A stretch of DNA of 64,000 bases from Raja brachyura (lineage: Eukaryota), in assembly GCA_963514005.1 (NCBI GenBank), contig OY740783.1, positions 71,176,001 to 71,240,000 on the forward strand, written 5' to 3'. The notes beneath the pieces were generated by a model. It saw only the letters and a list, made by a program, of their open reading frames with translations, searched no databases and had not been told where the DNA came from. The position numbers were made by a program, and so were the translations under genes. Every line of letters begins with the position of its first letter. The first letter of the stretch is position 1. Below, in pieces: positions 63,655 to 64,000 of the stretch.

Positions 63655-64000
63655 TTAGAAACATAGAAACATAGAAATTAGGTGCAGGAATAGGCCATTC
63701 GGCCCTTCGAGCCTGCACCGCCATTCAATATGATCATGGCTGATCATCCAACTCAGTATCCCGTACCTGCCTTCTCTCCATACCCTCTGATCCCCTTAGC
63801 CATAAGGGCCACATCTAACTCCCTCTTAAATATATCCAATGAACTGGCCTCAACTACCCTCTGTGGCAGAGAATTCCAGAGACCCACCACTCTATGTGTG
63901 GAAAAATTTCTTCTCATCTCGGTCCTAAAGGATTTCCCCCTTATCCTTAAGCTGTGACCCCTTGTCCTGGACGTCCCCAACATCGGGAACAATCTTCCTG
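63655..64000 (-). mobile_element. Young CR1 (HER1-like) 3' end, runs off the window
   Basis: ORF 63753-63992; tttctatg tail. Confidence 0.93.

Overview
Vertebrate intronic or intergenic DNA made mostly of transposable elements. The repeat inventory (HER1-like CR1 LINEs, HE1-like tRNA SINEs, Rex1/Babar LINEs, Penelope-like elements) points to a cartilaginous fish, probably a skate or ray; this is inferred from repeat style only. I found no host-gene exon. Main features: (1) An apparently intact 5.3-kb DIRS1-type tyrosine-recombinase retrotransposon at 38194-43515 (minus strand), with open gag, RT-RNaseH-MTase and YR frames, inverted termini and an exact internal complementary region. It carries signals for a retrovirus-like expression scheme: an in-phase U_UUU_UUA -1 frameshift site between gag and pol, and one splice donor with two alternative acceptors, before gag and before YR. 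(2) Two TSD-flanked copies of a ~136-139 bp non-tRNA short retroposon whose first ~53 nt fold into a minimal HDV/CPEB3-like ribozyme. One insertion starts exactly at the predicted cleavage site and the other within one base of it. (3) Many Penelope-associated repeats carrying minimal hammerhead cores. All alignments and folds were done by eye, and boundaries of old repeats are approximate.
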